Assembly: GCA_040954595.2 (NCBI GenBank) | Contig: CM082584.2 | Span: 3,662,110-3,726,109 of the forward strand | Source of the DNA: Balanoglossus misakiensis | Lineage: Eukaryota > Animalia > Hemichordata | DNA length: 64,000 nucleotides | Direction: 5' to 3' | In this document: positions 39,488-55,512 of the stretch, in pieces | How the letters are laid out: every line of letters starts with the position of its first letter | How positions within the stretch are numbered: position 1 is the stretch's first letter | Made by a program: the position numbers and the translations under genes | The notes under the pieces: generated by a model | Told to the model about the DNA's origin: nothing | Seen by the model: the letters and a program-made list of their open reading frames with translations, nothing else | Database searches by the model: none

Positions 39488-41251
39488 TAAAGTGTACTTT
39501 CATCATTTCAGATTTCACAAATCATTTTTCTCTGGAGTAATTTTCCCCGATGAAACATTTACTTCGAAAGCCCAGCAAGAGCTAAGTTAACTTTCCAAAG
39601 GATTTGTTTATGCTTCCTGAGTTCACTAACAGAATAAAATAGCGCGATCATAATTCAGCCACAATGTATGGGGTTACTATATTCGCTAGCTTCAGTAAAC
39701 TTACTTTTGGTACCGGTGTTTTGCCGACTTCATACGTTTCGATTTGATTTGTGGCGGTTTATAAACAACGGTATTTAGAAAACAGATTTATGTGTCGCTA
39801 ACCCAATAAAACGCCTTGCACTTTTTAACTACGTAACTATTCACGCTACCTAGTATGCCACTGAGTTCGTGTTTTACAGGTAAAACAAACAAATTCCTGA
39901 ACCGTTTTTAACCACTACAGTGATACGAATGTTTGTTGTGCCATATACCCACTCGAATGTCAAACACATTAAATGCTACACTTCTTAGATGGAAACACCA
40001 ATTGCCAGTCATTGCTTGATGCAAGGTGCAAATTAAAAACTTGCATGCACGGATTATAGCAAAGAGACAGTGACTCCGTGGCAGTGTGCTTGCATGCATG
40101 AGTAGTATTTACGTTATTCTGGCCAAAGTGCCTAGGCCTGGGGTAGCAAAACAGTTGTTTCAAAGACTTGTCCACTACAACAATTTGCCCTGTCTGATAT
40201 CTCGAGGCTTAATCATTTCCCAATGTACGGAGTATCATAAAAGTTGTACCATTTTTTATTAATATTTTCCTTTTTATTTTTCAAAAGTTGGTGATCCAAT
40301 AACACAGAAAGACACGCACAAAACGTAGGTGAGAATGTTTGATTGCGCATACCACAAATGACATGCGTTTGCAAGCACTGCCTTTGAGTGAGACTAGCCC
40401 ACTAGTCGCTTGGTGATTTTTAAATCTCAATACTTTTTGTGTTTTCGTTGTTTTTTTGTCTTAATAAATAATTTCAATACTTCTTTGCGTGCATGCTTGC
40501 CTTGAGCGTGTTTTTGATAGTGAGGTGAGTTTCGAATTTGGGACTGAGCTTGTGGTTTCGGGTAGCGTCGACCAAGGGCCTACGCGTTCCCATCACATAA
40601 TGAAGCCCATAGACTTGGAGCAAGTCTACCTTTGAGTGTAAAGCAACAGGTGTGAAATGTGTGCACACACGTATTCATAACACCATCTGGAAAATTTTCA
40701 AGGTCAGAAACAGTCAAGTTTATTGGTGGCATGTCAACGTTCGAATTTCCGTGTTACTGAATTCCTTTATAAGCAGGCATTACTTTAAAATATCTGGCGA
40801 CCATAAAACGACCCGTGGGCAGTTTGTGAGTGGGCTTCTCTGAGTGTAAGTGCACTTATTACGACAGGTATATAATGGCTTACTGTAACATGTTATCAGT
40901 TTGGTTATAAATAACTACCGGTTCAATACTCTCCTTGACACTATGCACTATGTATAGTGATGATGTAATACATGATTTTCCACGAGATCTAGCCAGGCTT
41001 GGTTAATAACCGTAGCAACGGGTTGTTAGTCAAGGAACATTTTTTTTGTATGAAACTAGAATAGGCACATGACTTACGTAGCAAAACTGTAACTTTTGCG
41101 TTATTTTAACACAGTGTCCCACGTGGTTTTGTCCTGTGTCACATGAGAATGCCCTCCTATATTTTAACTGCTTAGCCACGCGAATTCTCGCAGGGTCTCG
41201 CGGAGTTCCGGAAACGATCTTCCGTGAGTTGCACGGGACAGTGATTTTTCT

Positions 41252-41282
<31 letters not shown>

Positions 41283-42143
41283 AAACCACGCCACTAAAGG
41301 GAGAAATACAAATTATCGGGTGAAATTTATGACTTAGTATGCCAATCAGGTTAAAAAAAGACAAAGTTTGGCATGGAAACCATACGGCAGACTCAGTCCA
41401 GAAAAAATAACACTGGCACAGAACAAATTTTCCGAATAGCAAAAGCAAGTTCTTTTGGTATTACCGCGCGCGTTTCCCCTCATTATGATCATGTTTGTAT
41501 AACCTGAATTTGGGGTTGTGAATGATGTTGAAGGCATTCTGTACCAATAAAAAAGGCGAAGTCAGCTGGTGATATATTGATTGATAACAAAAAGAAAATG
41601 TCGGCAGTCTAATGAGTCGAAACACACTGTAAATAAAATCACCTGCTGAACAATGGCACTATTTATCACTTTAACGATAATATTGCTGATTGCCTAGAAA
41701 TGAACGGAACAGTGCATTTCAGCCCTAGATCTTTATCGGGTGATCGCCGTAAATGTGGCACTTTTCCAATTGAAAAGTGTCGGTTAGGCCTTAATTTGTA
41801 CGAAACACTAATAAATGTTTGGTAATCGTCCAACCAGGAAATGTCTGCTTCATTTTAGTAGCAGGACGATTCATGTCAAATATGGTTCTGCGCATGACAG
41901 GACAAGGCTGGTGGAGAGACTCAAGCAGACAGGCCGGGCTTCCTCCGGGATGTCACAGAAGGGCAATGTGGCTCCAGTTAACGACTATAACATCTTATAG
42001 TCGATCATTGAATACAAGTTTATGGTCAGAAAATTAGGTAGACTATGTCGGGAAAATGGCGCATGTTCGGACGTACTATTATTTGATATTCAATGAAATA
42101 AAACTTTACACAAAATACATTCGAGAGACAACACAAAAGATCA

Positions 42144-42540
42144 TTGAAGAAAGAAAATCACGCAAAGTGTTCGCTGGCTATAGACCGTCTCCATCAACAG
42201 TGGACTTGGCAAGAACTGGATAGCGTTCTTTGGATATTTGTAGAACATGGGTTAGACAGCGAATACAGCGAAGATATGCTGATGGACTGGGTTTCAATAG
42301 ATGACTACGAGCCAACATTTGAACTGTTGTCCGATGAGGGTATTGTTTCTACCATCAGAAGTTCTGACAACCAGGTATCCGATACAGATGATGAAGACGA
42401 CCCAGCGGCCGACAAAGAAAACGTCCAGTCACCGTCAACAGCACCAGAAGCAATCGCGGGACTTGAGGCAGCACTGTCGTTTTTCGAAGCGGTTAGCGAC
42501 GGTAGTGACGCAATCTGATTAAAATCAGATGTAGTGCTGT
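42144..42540 (+). mobile_element. Decayed pogo/Tigger transposase C-terminal fragment
   Basis: WVSIDDYEPTFELLSDEGIVSTI...DTDDEDD...STAPEAIAGLEAALSFFE resembles the acidic C-terminus of Tigger/TIGD transposases; no DDE core seen. Confidence 0.65.
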
Positions 42541-43583
42541 GTTGGGCGAAAAATCGCGAAACAAAATTTATCCAGAAAGGTTCAAAATAGCGCCCCTGGT
42601 GGTAATTTTGAAAAAAATCATCCCGATATAAAACATTTTAATTTGTTAAGTGAGTATTCCCACAGTCGCTTGGGGGCGCAGTGTAAGTTGTAACAATCCC
42701 CGCCCGAATATCCCGAACGACAGTGGACCTTCAAGCAGCACACAGATATAGCAAAATGTTCTACATCAACGATATGCTACTGGAACGTTTGTGTCGAGCG
42801 ATTATGGTGATACAAGCTTATCTTGATTGTTCCTGATGATGTATAAACAGTCCCCCCCCCCTCCACACACACACACACACACACACACAGTCCCAATTGA
42901 CGCTTTTATGTCTAGAATAAGCGTAAGACTAATATGGCCGACGAGATCTCGAAAATCACGAGACGAGCGCGAGATAAGCGTTTGGGGGCAGCACGTCTGC
43001 GTAAGTCACACACTAAGGGAGGTCTACAGACTAATTGCCTCTTTTAGGAGTGTCACTGAATGACATTTGCTGACAGGCCAGCGTGTGGTTGCTTTATTGA
43101 AGAAAAAATGGTTGTACTACCACATTCTCTCAAGGGAGAATGTAGTATCACAAATCATCGACGTTGGTCTTTTTGAGATAATCATTTTCAATGGTACCGG
43201 TACTTATATTGAGTTTACGGAAATTATAAACGTAGGAAAGTGGTGGTTCGTTAAATCAATATAGGGTCTATATGTTGTATGCAAATACATCTTGTGCCAT
43301 AGGCCATTAATTATAAAAAAAATCATTTTCCTAGGGTTAGCACATTAATTGACACCCTGCTACGATTTGTTACTTCATCAAAATCTGACCTTTTAGTGTT
43401 TCAGTTATGTAACATTGGGAATGCACCGCAGTTGTCTGTCAAATTCGACCTATGAAAGCTGAAAGAATAAAATTCATCGACAATAATACATGTACAAGTG
43501 TTATTCTACGGTAGTTCTCTTTTTGGAGGGTGTGGTGGCCCTGAAAAGGGCCGTTTTGTTTGGGTCCAGAAAAGGACGGTGCC

Positions 43584-43949
<366 letters not shown>

Positions 43950-44594
43950 CTATATATAGCCGCATTACGAACGGGTAAGCGAGCACCGTGAAACATTTAC
44001 ATATCTATACAGTTTGTGGTAATTTGCAAAACAATGCATCTTTATAATAGTATGTACTAGTACCACATTTACATTAAGGCCAGGGAGTGGTCTAAGATTA
44101 GACGGTTTGTCGATCAACAGTAGTTTGCATGAGCAGTCATCATTTTCTGCGATTGTTAATTCCGATAATCGAACTTTCCCGCCAAGCCACCAGTGCTGGA
44201 CTGTCAGCCATTGTCATTCAGTGACACTCCTGATAGTGTTAATTAGGCTTTAGACCTCCCTGGGTGAAAGCATTGGGTGCGTGAATGACTTCTGCAGACG
44301 TGTGTGAATTCTCCACAATATAAAGCGCTTATTGGGATTGTGGGAGACTGTATGCACATACATCATATTGGAACAGTCAACATAAGCTCGTACGGAGTAG
44401 TACACATATTACTATTAGATTTCGTGAATGTAGAAATATTTGCAAATTCATGAGTGTGCTGCCTGAATACGTCGTGACAATTGTCATGTGCAACTGAAAT
44501 CACGTGGTATGAAACAGAGAAAATGAATTAACCTCGTGATTATGTTAACAATGAATTTCGCCATTTTCAATCTACCAATGAATAATGTGTAGTT

Positions 44595-47296
44595 AGGGGA
44601 CCAAGCGCCCTCAGGCGCTTGGTCCCCTTCTGTTATTGCTGGAGTTTTTCTTCTTTCTTCTTGAGTCGTTTTTTTGCTCCCGTTTTTCTCTGAAATTCCG
44701 GCACCTGCGCCTATGAAGTTTGGCACGATGATTGGGGCCCATGAGTACTGGTGCACCTGCCCTTTGAATTTGTAATTAGTCACGTGACTTGGTGGCTATA
44801 ATCGAGCGAAATTTTCAAATTGACCTAATTTGCACGTTAATGGGGACATGTACATTCTTTTCGCGATTTTTGTAGACCATGTGGCCAAAATCCCCTGTGC
44901 CAAATTTCAAGGTCCTAGGCCACGTCGATTTTGAGAAGAAGATTTTTGTAATATTTTTCGCATTTTTGGTGGGCTGAGGACGGACACTGGGGCATCGGAC
45001 TTAGACCGTCATTACGTAATGTTGTGGAGATCTAGATCTCATTAGCAGGCTACTCACTTCTGGCGGGTTGCAGTAGTCCTTGGAAAATCTGCTGAAATAC
45101 GTAAACAGACCAGTGATTATTTTCCACGGAATGAATTTTGGGATAACACATTATCGGAGTTCAGGCTGTGTTAGGGCGTTTCATTGAATTACGCTGAGTT
45201 TGTTAGCTGTTGCCGTTCAAATGTTTCTATCTAGACCCGGCTACACTGGTTAACATTCAATGTAATGCGGCAGCGGACTTTGACCCTCAGTCGCTAATGT
45301 GGCCGAAATTCGTCAGCAGACCAATGATTTTCTTGCACGAAGGGAGTATGGTACCAGCAATAATCAGAGATCAGGCTTTTTTGCCGTTCAACAGTTCCTA
45401 CTTCAGTCGTGACGTTGCAACTGAACGTTCAGTATGGGGGTTGGCCCGCAGGTGGCCGTGGGGGTTATCAGGTCGCCTGTAATGGCACGCAGCTTCATGC
45501 AGCTGTATGGGACCAAAATAATACGCCCGATTCGGGGGTCACCTGTGACACCTGCGTAACTCAATTATGTGCATGCGTAATTGTGGGGTCAATGAAAGGG
45601 ATGCTAGTGTGGTATTTGTTGCAAATGGATCAATATCAAGTCCGATTTTCCTGTCAAGTTAGGCTGCATTCACACACACCTCAGGAAGGGGGGGGGGGCA
45701 GGAGAATTGAGGGGGGGATTTGAAAAAATTGAGGGTATGTAAGGGGGGATTTGAAATAATTTAGGGACTGAAAGGGGGGACTTGAAAACTTTGACGACTA
45801 AATATTTATTTTGAGTGCACAAAAATGCAGTTTCGCGCCCTTTATTTTACAAATTTTCTAATGGGCAGGGGGACACCCCCTCCCACACCCACCCCCTCCA
45901 TTCATCAACACCTTTCAATCATTGATTGGTTTATCTAGTGTCCCAGGTCAGGGGACTTGCCCCAACCCCATGATAACTCTGAGCGTCGACGGTTAAATTT
46001 GTCCTCCCCAACATACCGGTAGTTGAGTTAATTTGCCTTTGCCGGGTTCATTAAAATGCAGCTTTGAGCTCTGTATTTTATAAAATTTTCTTACGTGCAC
46101 CCCCTCCCAAACCCACCCCCTTCAATTCTCGGTTTACAATGTCTCCCAACACAGGATACAAATACTTAAAAAATGTGAGCGGTGTTTTTCTTTTTTTACA
46201 AGATAGATACTAGGTGATGTGTTTTGATCTGTGAAAGAAAATGGGGAGGGGGGGATTTCAAAAAAAATTGAATTCTCCCGACCCCCCCCCCCCCCGCAAG
46301 AGGTGTTTGTGAATGCAGCCTTATGGGCGATCTTATGTGACGTTTCACCTACTTTTGCTTAGTGAGCATCCACAGCAGATGCATGCAGCTTTGGCGTGGG
46401 GGGGGGGGGGCATATACGGATGGGACCATAAAGATATACCAAAGGCGGGGTCACCTGTTGCACCTGCCTAAGTCATTGATTTTGTACATTTAATTGGACA
46501 CTAACCAACAGGGCAATAGGTGTGGTTTTTGTTCCACAGGGACGAATGTAAGTGTCAGTTTGTTTTTGCCCAAATGTATAAGTTGATTTGGATGACCTCT
46601 GTCCTACAGTGCCATAGCTCAGCCCGTTGTACAGGTGCAGCTTTGGTATTTGGAGGGATGAAACTATCATGAAATGCCAAATACAGGGGGATACCTACGA
46701 CACCTGCTTGATTCATGTATTACGTGCATACCTAATGGTAGGCAAAGTAATGTGGCTGCAAATGTAGGATTTGTTGCACATGACATAAACAGGAATGAAC
46801 ATTTTTTGTCAAATTTTTGGGTGACATCAGGTGTCCATTGACCTGCTTTCCATATGTTAGCATGCACATCATGTCTAGCCAGGTGTTTGGAGGGGTAGGG
46901 TAGGACCCTCTGCGTCATGAAATGCTAAATTTTAGGGGCTACCTGTAACTTACTTGCGTAACTCATTATTATGGCCATATCTAATTTGACAAACCCAAAC
47001 AGCGAGGATTTTCCGTTGTCTTGAATATGAACCAAATAAGAATCCTAATTTTTGGCCCAATTTTTGGATACCCTCAGCTGACCTTTGAAGTAACTGAAGT
47101 ACTTACAACGTAGAAGTTCACCTTTGGTTGTTGTGTTTGTACTTGTAAGACATCCATTTCGGGTGGTTGCCTACTTCCCCATATCTCCACATCCAGAGCA
47201 AATACAGCCTACGCATTTGAATGGTACAATCCTGAATGGAGTCTAATGGTTATTAACTCTATGCTTGGGCCCCTTCAACGCTGCTTGCAGCTTTAA
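44595..47296 (+). mobile_element. Non-autonomous Helentron (DINE-1/HINE-like) inserted at TT
   Basis: 5' palindrome aggggaccaagcgcc..ggcgcttggtcccct followed by a CTT-rich tract; 3' end gggcccc...gctgcttgcagctttaa(tt). Empty site tgtgtagttgtgatt at ~26505 and ~58515. Confidence 0.85.
45662..46320. mobile_element. PIF/Harbinger-type MITE nested in the Helentron
   Basis: TIR ggctgcattcac / gtgaatgcagcc; TTA TSD. Confidence 0.88.
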
Positions 47297-47832
47297 TTGT
47301 GATTTATTATTCCAACATGAGCAAATATTCATTGGCACTGTGAATTCAAAATTCGCCAGCCACAATTTCTAGATGATAATGGTTGCGTGGCGATGCATGG
47401 GTGGCAATGGCTTCGAAGATAATGAATGGCGCATGTTTTACACATTTTTCACTTTATTTAAATATCAGACCCCCCCCCCCACACACACACACACACACAG
47501 TCCAAAATAGACCTTTTGTATGAGACAATCAGTCATGAAGAGGGGGATGGTAAATGAAGATGACATGACATCGAGGAAAATGAATGGCGCAAAACAGTCG
47601 TCACCTTTTTTAAATGATAGACCCTCGACACAGTCCCAAAGACGCTATTTGTATGAGACAATCAGTCAATTTCTCTATCCTTCTCACCCATGTCACGAAG
47701 TTAATTTTAATTTCATTTTTTTAGTTGACCATTGACAAAGCAAACGGGGTTGAAGATATCGATATTTCTCTTTTTGAAGGATGTGGTGGCCCTGAAAAGG
47801 GCCGTTTTGTATGTGTATGCTGAGCATACGAT

Positions 47833-48198
47833 TTACTTGGAACTGGTGTATTTAGTGACGGCTTTGGTGCCCTCACTGACGGCGTGCTTGGCAAGTTCAC
47901 CGGGCAGCAAGAGACGGACAGCGGTCTGGATTTCTCTGCTGGTGATGGTGGAACGCTTGTTGTATTGGGCCAAGCGGGAGGCTTCAGCGGCGATACGCTC
48001 GAAGATGTCGTTGACAAAGCTGTTCATGATTGACATGGCTTTGGAGGAGACACCAGTGTCGGGGTGGACCTGTTTCAGGACCTTGTAAATGTAGATACCA
48101 TAACTTTCCTTCCTGCGTCTCTTTCTCTTTTTGTCACCTGTACGTGTGGCTGTTGGCTGACCGGCCTTTTTAGCTGCTTTACCGCTTGATTTCGGCAT
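47833..48198 (-). CDS. H2B: Histone H2B (copy 3; K-to-T change in the tail, QPTAT)
   Basis: Intact ORF with stem-loop; HDE variant AAAAAGAGAAATATCG. Confidence 0.98.
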   Translation of the reverse strand: MPKSSGKAAKKAGQPTATRTGDKKRKRRRKESYGIYIYKVLKQVHPDTGVSSKAMSIMNSFVNDIFERIAAEASRLAQYNKRSTITSREIQTAVRLLLPGELAKHAVSEGTKAVTKYTSSK

Positions 48199-48512
48199 GG
48201 TGAACGATGGTGCAAAGTTTGGAATGCCAAATTGGTGACATTTACACAATATTTATATGCGAACAAATGCAAATGAAGGACTCTGGATGCAAGGCGCGAA
48301 ATCCGACGAACGTGATTGCAGTCAAAGTGTAAATGGAAAGGACAATTGGTATATTAATTAAACATCCTATTGTAATCGTATCATTATCATCACAATAAGT
48401 GGAGATTTCATTCTGATTGGTTGGTGTTATTAGACTAGGATCCAAATAAACTGTATATAAGCTGTGAAAGTCGGTGAAAATCAACCTTTCTCATAAATAT
48501 ATACTAAACTAG

Positions 48513-48893
<381 letters not shown>

Positions 48894-50018
48894 TTCGTAT
48901 GCCCAGCATACATATACAAAACGGCCCTTTTCAGGGCCACCACATCCTCCAAAAAGAGAACTACCGTAACGACAATTTTTCTAATTTTTTTTCCTATTAT
49001 GAATAAACGTGTTCGACTAACTCCGTGTTCGACCGACACTTTCCACCATAGTCGATATTCGAAAACACGATTTGAACGCTATTTACATGTAATATGCATG
49101 TGCATGCCGTCTGATGCACCTTTTACGGTACTCAATATGTTTCAGTTGTATTTTAGAATACGAGTTACAATGTACCAGGATGTCATTGATGCCATGGTCT
49201 TACTAGAAACGCAAAAATGTCATCGTGCCAGATTATTTTATTGAAAAATTGTGTTAATTTAAGCTAATTAATTAACAATAATTGTCAAAAATGTATTTTA
49301 CTCATAGAATATTAATGTCTGTTATTTAGTTCTTTCATAATACTATTATTATCTTACTCAGTGCACAAAATTGATCATCAGTATTACTGAAAGCAGAATT
49401 GGAACACACATTTCTCAGGTTTCTGGGTTGAAAAGTCATCAAAATATAGAGTACCATGAGAGGTCAAACGTCATGAAAGTGCCACATTTATTTTTTCACA
49501 GGAGAGCGTCTTTTTGTCCAAGAGTGATCACAATTACTATTTTTTTTCAGTCTTTTTGAAATAACATGGCCTCAGAAATCACATATTTACCACCCAACAA
49601 ACTTGCATCAGATTTCAATATTATGTGACGTTCCTTTTAATCAGTTCATCACAACACTCTCTGTGTGATTTTTGAGAAAGTTCTCGCGTAGTTCCAGGCA
49701 CACATTGAAAATCTGTTTCCGTATTTTCACTCGTAAAATATCGGCGGATATCTTCATTGTCATAACAAAAGCAAAGTTGCAAATACACGAGTTAAATGTA
49801 TGATAAAGTAACATACTAGAAGATGCGTGTAATTACATTATGCAAAAATATACTGTAATATTAATTCTGCTTAAGACTGGATGACACATATTAAAACATG
49901 CACGTGGGAGTGCACGTGGATGTTACTATGGCAACACAATGATGTCCTAGTATGTTACAACTCCGTTCGCTACACAGTGAAATTGTCTTTCACACTGTGA
50001 ACATTACAAAACGCCAAG

Positions 50019-51958
50019 ATGTTTCAACGAGTGCTAATTTCTCTGTTGTTGCTTTCTTGTGGACGCAGGTCTGAAGCAGGTAAGAATACAAGTCTATGAT
50101 TGAAGAAAACGCGTCAATGATCGCTTCTACAAAAGTATTCAGTCAGCAGAATGCATTTCTTCATAGTTTTAGTTTCCGTTTATATGAATGTTGGACTAAA
50201 TATTCTCGTACGCCCTTACCAGGCTAAATTAACATGAGTGTGAACATCTCTTTCATTCATTTGGTCTTTTATGAAGTCACTTGATAAAATCCTTCATTTG
50301 TGATGAGAACTTTAACATTTGGGGAGAGAGTCTCTATATCGATGGTCATGATTCCCGTTATGCTTCCCTTAAAATTACATTGACTTGAATCACTGTTAAA
50401 CTTCCTTTATTAAAAAAAAAATTGACTAACTTTTTATGGACAAATTTACTTATTTTGGCCAAATTTATTGTCTTTGGGAAAATTCATTCCTCTCTGGTCT
50501 GTACCACGCGTTGAAAGAACACTGTAAAATTTCACCTTGTGTCATTCGAATAGCCTGTTTACTCAGCCTGTGACATTTTGGAATAAGCCTTTCGCGAAAT
50601 GTCGTTGTGTACATGTAAGTTCAACGCGTGCACCAAAAGATTTTTTTTCTCCGTGCATATATGATGGATTGATTTTTATTATTTTACTTCAAATTTCTCA
50701 TTTTTAATGAATGCATGTCCTTGTCGGTCTCATCAACATGTAACATGAATGTCAAAGTTTTTGATTCAATTGTTTGTCTACGGTAGGATAAAATGTAGTT
50801 TTCCACCTTTTTCTCAGTAACAAAGTGTGAAGGGGGGTCACTGTCTTTGACCACACCTGGACAATTCCGTGTTAATCCGAGGCTTTTGAAAGACGCCTCA
50901 GTGATTAACACAGTATCATGTGTATGGCTCGTTAGTATTATTCATTACAATGTACTTCATCTGCTTAGTAGGTTGTGATAAGGAAGATGGTTACGACAGA
51001 CCTGAAAGTGATATAAACAACGGCCAGTTGAATCGTAAAAACAACGCCGACGAGTGTTGTGCTGATTGCAAAAGACACTGTAACTGCCGCTCCTGGACTT
51101 ACATCAAAGGAAGTGGCGCGTGTTGGTTAAAGTATTCAGTTCCCAACAAATCACAAATGTCAGATGCTGTGTCTGGAATAGTTACAAGGCGAGGTAAATT
51201 TCCTATTAATTAGAAAATTAATTCAATTCTTCCAATGACTTAGCTTTGGTTTATTCTTTACTATCAATCACGTGGTCTTGCCATGTGACCCACGGCGTTG
51301 TCATTTGCAGGTAACGAGCAAGCAATATTTTGGCATCCAGTAAAAGTTTTTTTCCGAGTATATTTTGGGTATGGTGGCTCATCAGCCTCATTGAGTTTCG
51401 TCTGCACTTTCTTTGTCTGCACCACGTTGTTGAAATATCATCTAGAAATTTGAATGCCAACGTAACTGCCGCATGAGCGCGTCTGACGTCATTTGATATC
51501 GAAGAATTGAAGTGACTCAGAAAGAAAATGACGTGGAAATATTACTTACGTGGAAATAACGAGGAATGGTACAAACCTTTAAAAAACCTTATAAAAGGTT
51601 CCGTGTCTAACATCAGCTATATACCTTATATCAACTTAATTCAGATTGGTCGACTCACATTTTGCGATATCGTCAGAATTAGCAATTTTCTGGAAGAAAC
51701 TTGCATGTATTATTAACGTGGGTTGTCATTCTAGACTCCGGCCATTGCAAGAAAGAAGGTGGATATAACAGACCTGGAAGCGATATAATGCATGGGCGGC
51801 GTAATCGGAAAGAAAATGCTGACCAGTGTTGTCGTGACTGCCAGCGCAACAATCAGTGTCGCGCCTGGACGTTCGACAAACGCTCGGGCAATTGCTGGTT
51901 GAAGAACCTTGTTCCAAATAAAATACCAGATTCATATTGTATATCTGGAGTCATTTAA
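50019..51958 (+). CDS. Secreted double PAN/Apple-domain protein, copy 2
   Basis: Exons 50019-50079, 50972(or 50969)-51193 and 51735-51958; in frame, all cysteines kept. Confidence 0.88.
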
Positions 51959-52442
51959 CCATGGCGATACCAGTAAGTATATTCAATATAACAGCATAGA
52001 CATATGAAATATTATCGTTATGCACATCAAGTAATGGAGACCTCTGCTTCCAGAGAAGACGTCTCGGGGTCAGATTGTCAAACTATTGCACTTCCATGAG
52101 TTATCTGTCGATAGTTACACACACTCGTCAGTGAATGCAAACGTGCAGATGCAAGATGTACATATATAGCCCAACACACACACGCCATCATCGGCAGCCA
52201 ACTAATAACGTAACTGCTTTATTCTACTTCTCCTCTTCCAACAGGACGTTTCAAGACGTTGGCAACTGATCCTGTCATGTTATAATCGACAATCTGTTAT
52301 TTCAACTTCTTCGCAGTGATTCTATTATGAGAAGTGATCGCTGATTGCAACAACGACTTTTGTCAGTTCATTGCGCCGCGTCATGTTTTCGGAATTTCTC
52401 TTTAATTTCCAAGCTTGCATTTGGCTTGTAAGAATCGTAAGT

Positions 52443-52562
52443 AGATATAAGTCTGTGAAAAATAAAATAACAATCAAACCGACTTAAGCTTTGTCTTAAT
52501 TCAGATATAAGTCTGTGAAAAATAAAATAACAATCAAACCGACTTAAGCTTTGTCTTAATTC
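52443..52562. repeat. 60-bp tandem duplication spanning the Apple gene poly(A) signal
   Basis: agatataagtctgtgaaaaataaaa... at 52443 and 52503; single copy at ~21226. Confidence 0.9.
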
Positions 52563-52996
52563 ATTATCACAATACTCCTGTGTCGTTAAAATTTCATAAT
52601 CACAATAAAGATTTGATTCCTTGCCGATTCTGTGGAAATGGTACAAGGCAATTTTTGGAGTATAACCAAGCGAGTTTGTTCCTCATTTTGGACACTAAAT
52701 CAAAATTTCTTCCCAATATGCACGGGAAAGATGTAACAAAGTTTTCAATGACAACAAAGACAATTTTTTGTGGAAACAGGCGACCTGGCGGTCAAAACTG
52801 ACCTTTTAGTGTTTCAGTTATGTAACATTGGGAATACACCGCAGTTGTCTGTCAAATTCGACCTATGAAAGCTGAAAGAATAAAATTCATCGACAATAAT
52901 ACATGTACAAGTGTTATTCTACGGTAGTTCTCTTTTTGGAGGGTGTGGTGGCCCTGAAAAGGGCCGTTTTGTTTGGGTCCAGAAAAGGACGGTGCC

Positions 52997-53362
<366 letters not shown>

Positions 53363-54370
53363 CTATATATAGCCGCATTACGAACGGGTAAGCGAGCATA
53401 GTGAAACATTTACATATCTATACAGTTTGTGGTAATTTGCAAAACAATACATCTTTATAATAGTTCCTTATCCCCACTGCGTAGTATGTTTTCGTATGAT
53501 TTAGTAGTGGAGTGGTCAAGGACCCCCTGGTCCCCCCAAATATTACTTCTTTAGATTCATAATCACCCCTTCTCTCATGCCTTCTCTCCAAACCTGGAAA
53601 TGGTACAATTCAATTTTTGGAGTATAACCAAGCGAGTCTGTTCCTCATTTTGGACACTAAATCAAAATTTCTTCCCAATATGTACGGGAAAGATGTAACA
53701 AAGTTTTCAATGACAACAAAGACCAATTTTTGTGGAAACAGGCGACCTGGCGGTCGAAACGGCTCTGTTGTGATACTTTACATTATAAACAAGATAACTG
53801 CTTCAGAATTAAAGGGACAACGCCTCTCTCACTGTTCCTTTTCCATTATGTTTGATAAAAGACACCGTTTATGTTATTTTACATGTAGATATAGTTATAG
53901 TGAATCAATGTTCGATCACATACAACTTCCATCCCTTTGTAAACACGAGAGAAAAAACTGAATAAATGAATAATCGTTATTTACCGTTTATTCGGGCGTG
54001 AGCTCGAATAAACGAATACATGCGCAAGTGTGTGTTGTCGTCTGGTGCTGGTAAACGTAAATGTGGTCGACCACAACCCGGGCCCACAACTCCCCTAGCC
54101 CGGAAAACTGCAGGTCAGATAAAACATTTTCTCGGCAATTCAACGTCGGAATGAAATCAAACACTCCTTGGCGTTGGAAACGAAAAGGTCATGAAGTTCT
54201 GCCGTATTGCCTTAGGCATTGTGAATTGTAAGTGAGTTTTGGGAGATGTGGTACATGTACTTTGTGTGCTGATGCCAACCCATTCACTTTATGCGTTCTG
54301 GCGACCAGATTAGCCTGGTTCCGTGCACCTTTCCAACGCTGCTGGCGCTATATAGGTGAATGGGATCGGC

Positions 54371-54741
54371 TAGTCTGGTTCCCTGCCCCAATCCCACCGC
54401 TGGCTGCGCTACGCTAAAGGGAAAGGGGTCAGGTACGGCCCGATTTCACTCCCAGAAACCTGGGAAGACCACGTGATCATAAACAAGATGGATGCCTCCA
54501 ATGTCCGTACGCCAGTCAAGATTCATCCAGGCAGTTTATTTTGTTTCGTTTGTTGTAAAGTTGGAAATCGAATGATAAACATTAATGGAGGTGAAGGAGA
54601 GAACGGAAAATGCGTATCTTACAACAACTTATCAACTGTATTTATTGACCAATGAGAGCCATGTTTACAATAGGCCGTGCCTGACCCTTTCCCTTTAGCG
54701 TAGCGCAGCCAGCGGTGGGATTGGGGCAGGGGACCAGACTA
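54371..54741. mobile_element. MITE with ~70-bp TIRs and 9-bp TSD (AcademH-like)
   Basis: TAGTCTGGT...ACCAGACTA; TSD gggatcggc at 54362-54370 and 54742-54750. Family assignment is inference. Confidence 0.85.
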
Positions 54742-55473
54742 GGGATCGGCAAGGATAATTATGCATGGCTGTGAATGAGTGTGCTGCTTTGCAAGAACAT
54801 AAAGTTTCACGGGACTTGAGCGGCATTTACATTGACATTTCTCCATAAAATCGTTTACTTTGTGTTCATTGTCAACAGATGCTGTTCGTAGTGTCGGTAA
54901 ATTTGACATTCTGTGACATCCATTTAACAGTGACTTATTTTATGCAGTCGATTCTCCTCAATGCTTGTTTTTTTTTTTTTTTTTTTTGCTCAGCTCCCCT
55001 CACGCAGCACGTGTCGTAGTGTTTATCTTAACTAGTGTTTTAGAAGCTATGACGGCCTCAACAATGTTGGTTTATTACCGCTATACTGACTGCCCCCGCC
55101 ATTTAGGTCAATATCCTTACAAATCTAGAGACCCATACCTGACCCCTTTCCTTAAGCGCAGAGCCTGCGGCGAGAATAGGCCAGGGGACCAGACTAATTT
55201 GACCGGCGCGAGTAGCCTTTTTCAAACCGGGCAATCGTGGTGATTTTTTCCATTTATGCCTTCATGTATAAGTCATAAAGTGCGAGATTTAGCTGAAGCC
55301 ACCTGCACCAATCATGTTACACTGAAGTTTATCCATCTTCAATACATCCCTCAATCTATCCACCGCCAATCCATAGATCAGTCTATACATTTATCCACGT
55401 GCAACCCAACCACCCAATCCAGCCATCCACCTGTCCATACATACGTACGTACGCACTCACGCACACACATACA

Positions 55474-55512
<39 letters not shown>

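Noticed and set aside
42588-42603. CTCF-like motif agcgcccctggtgg at the island/histone boundary
   Set aside because: One base short of the consensus and within transposon-derived sequence; not supportable without ChIP data.
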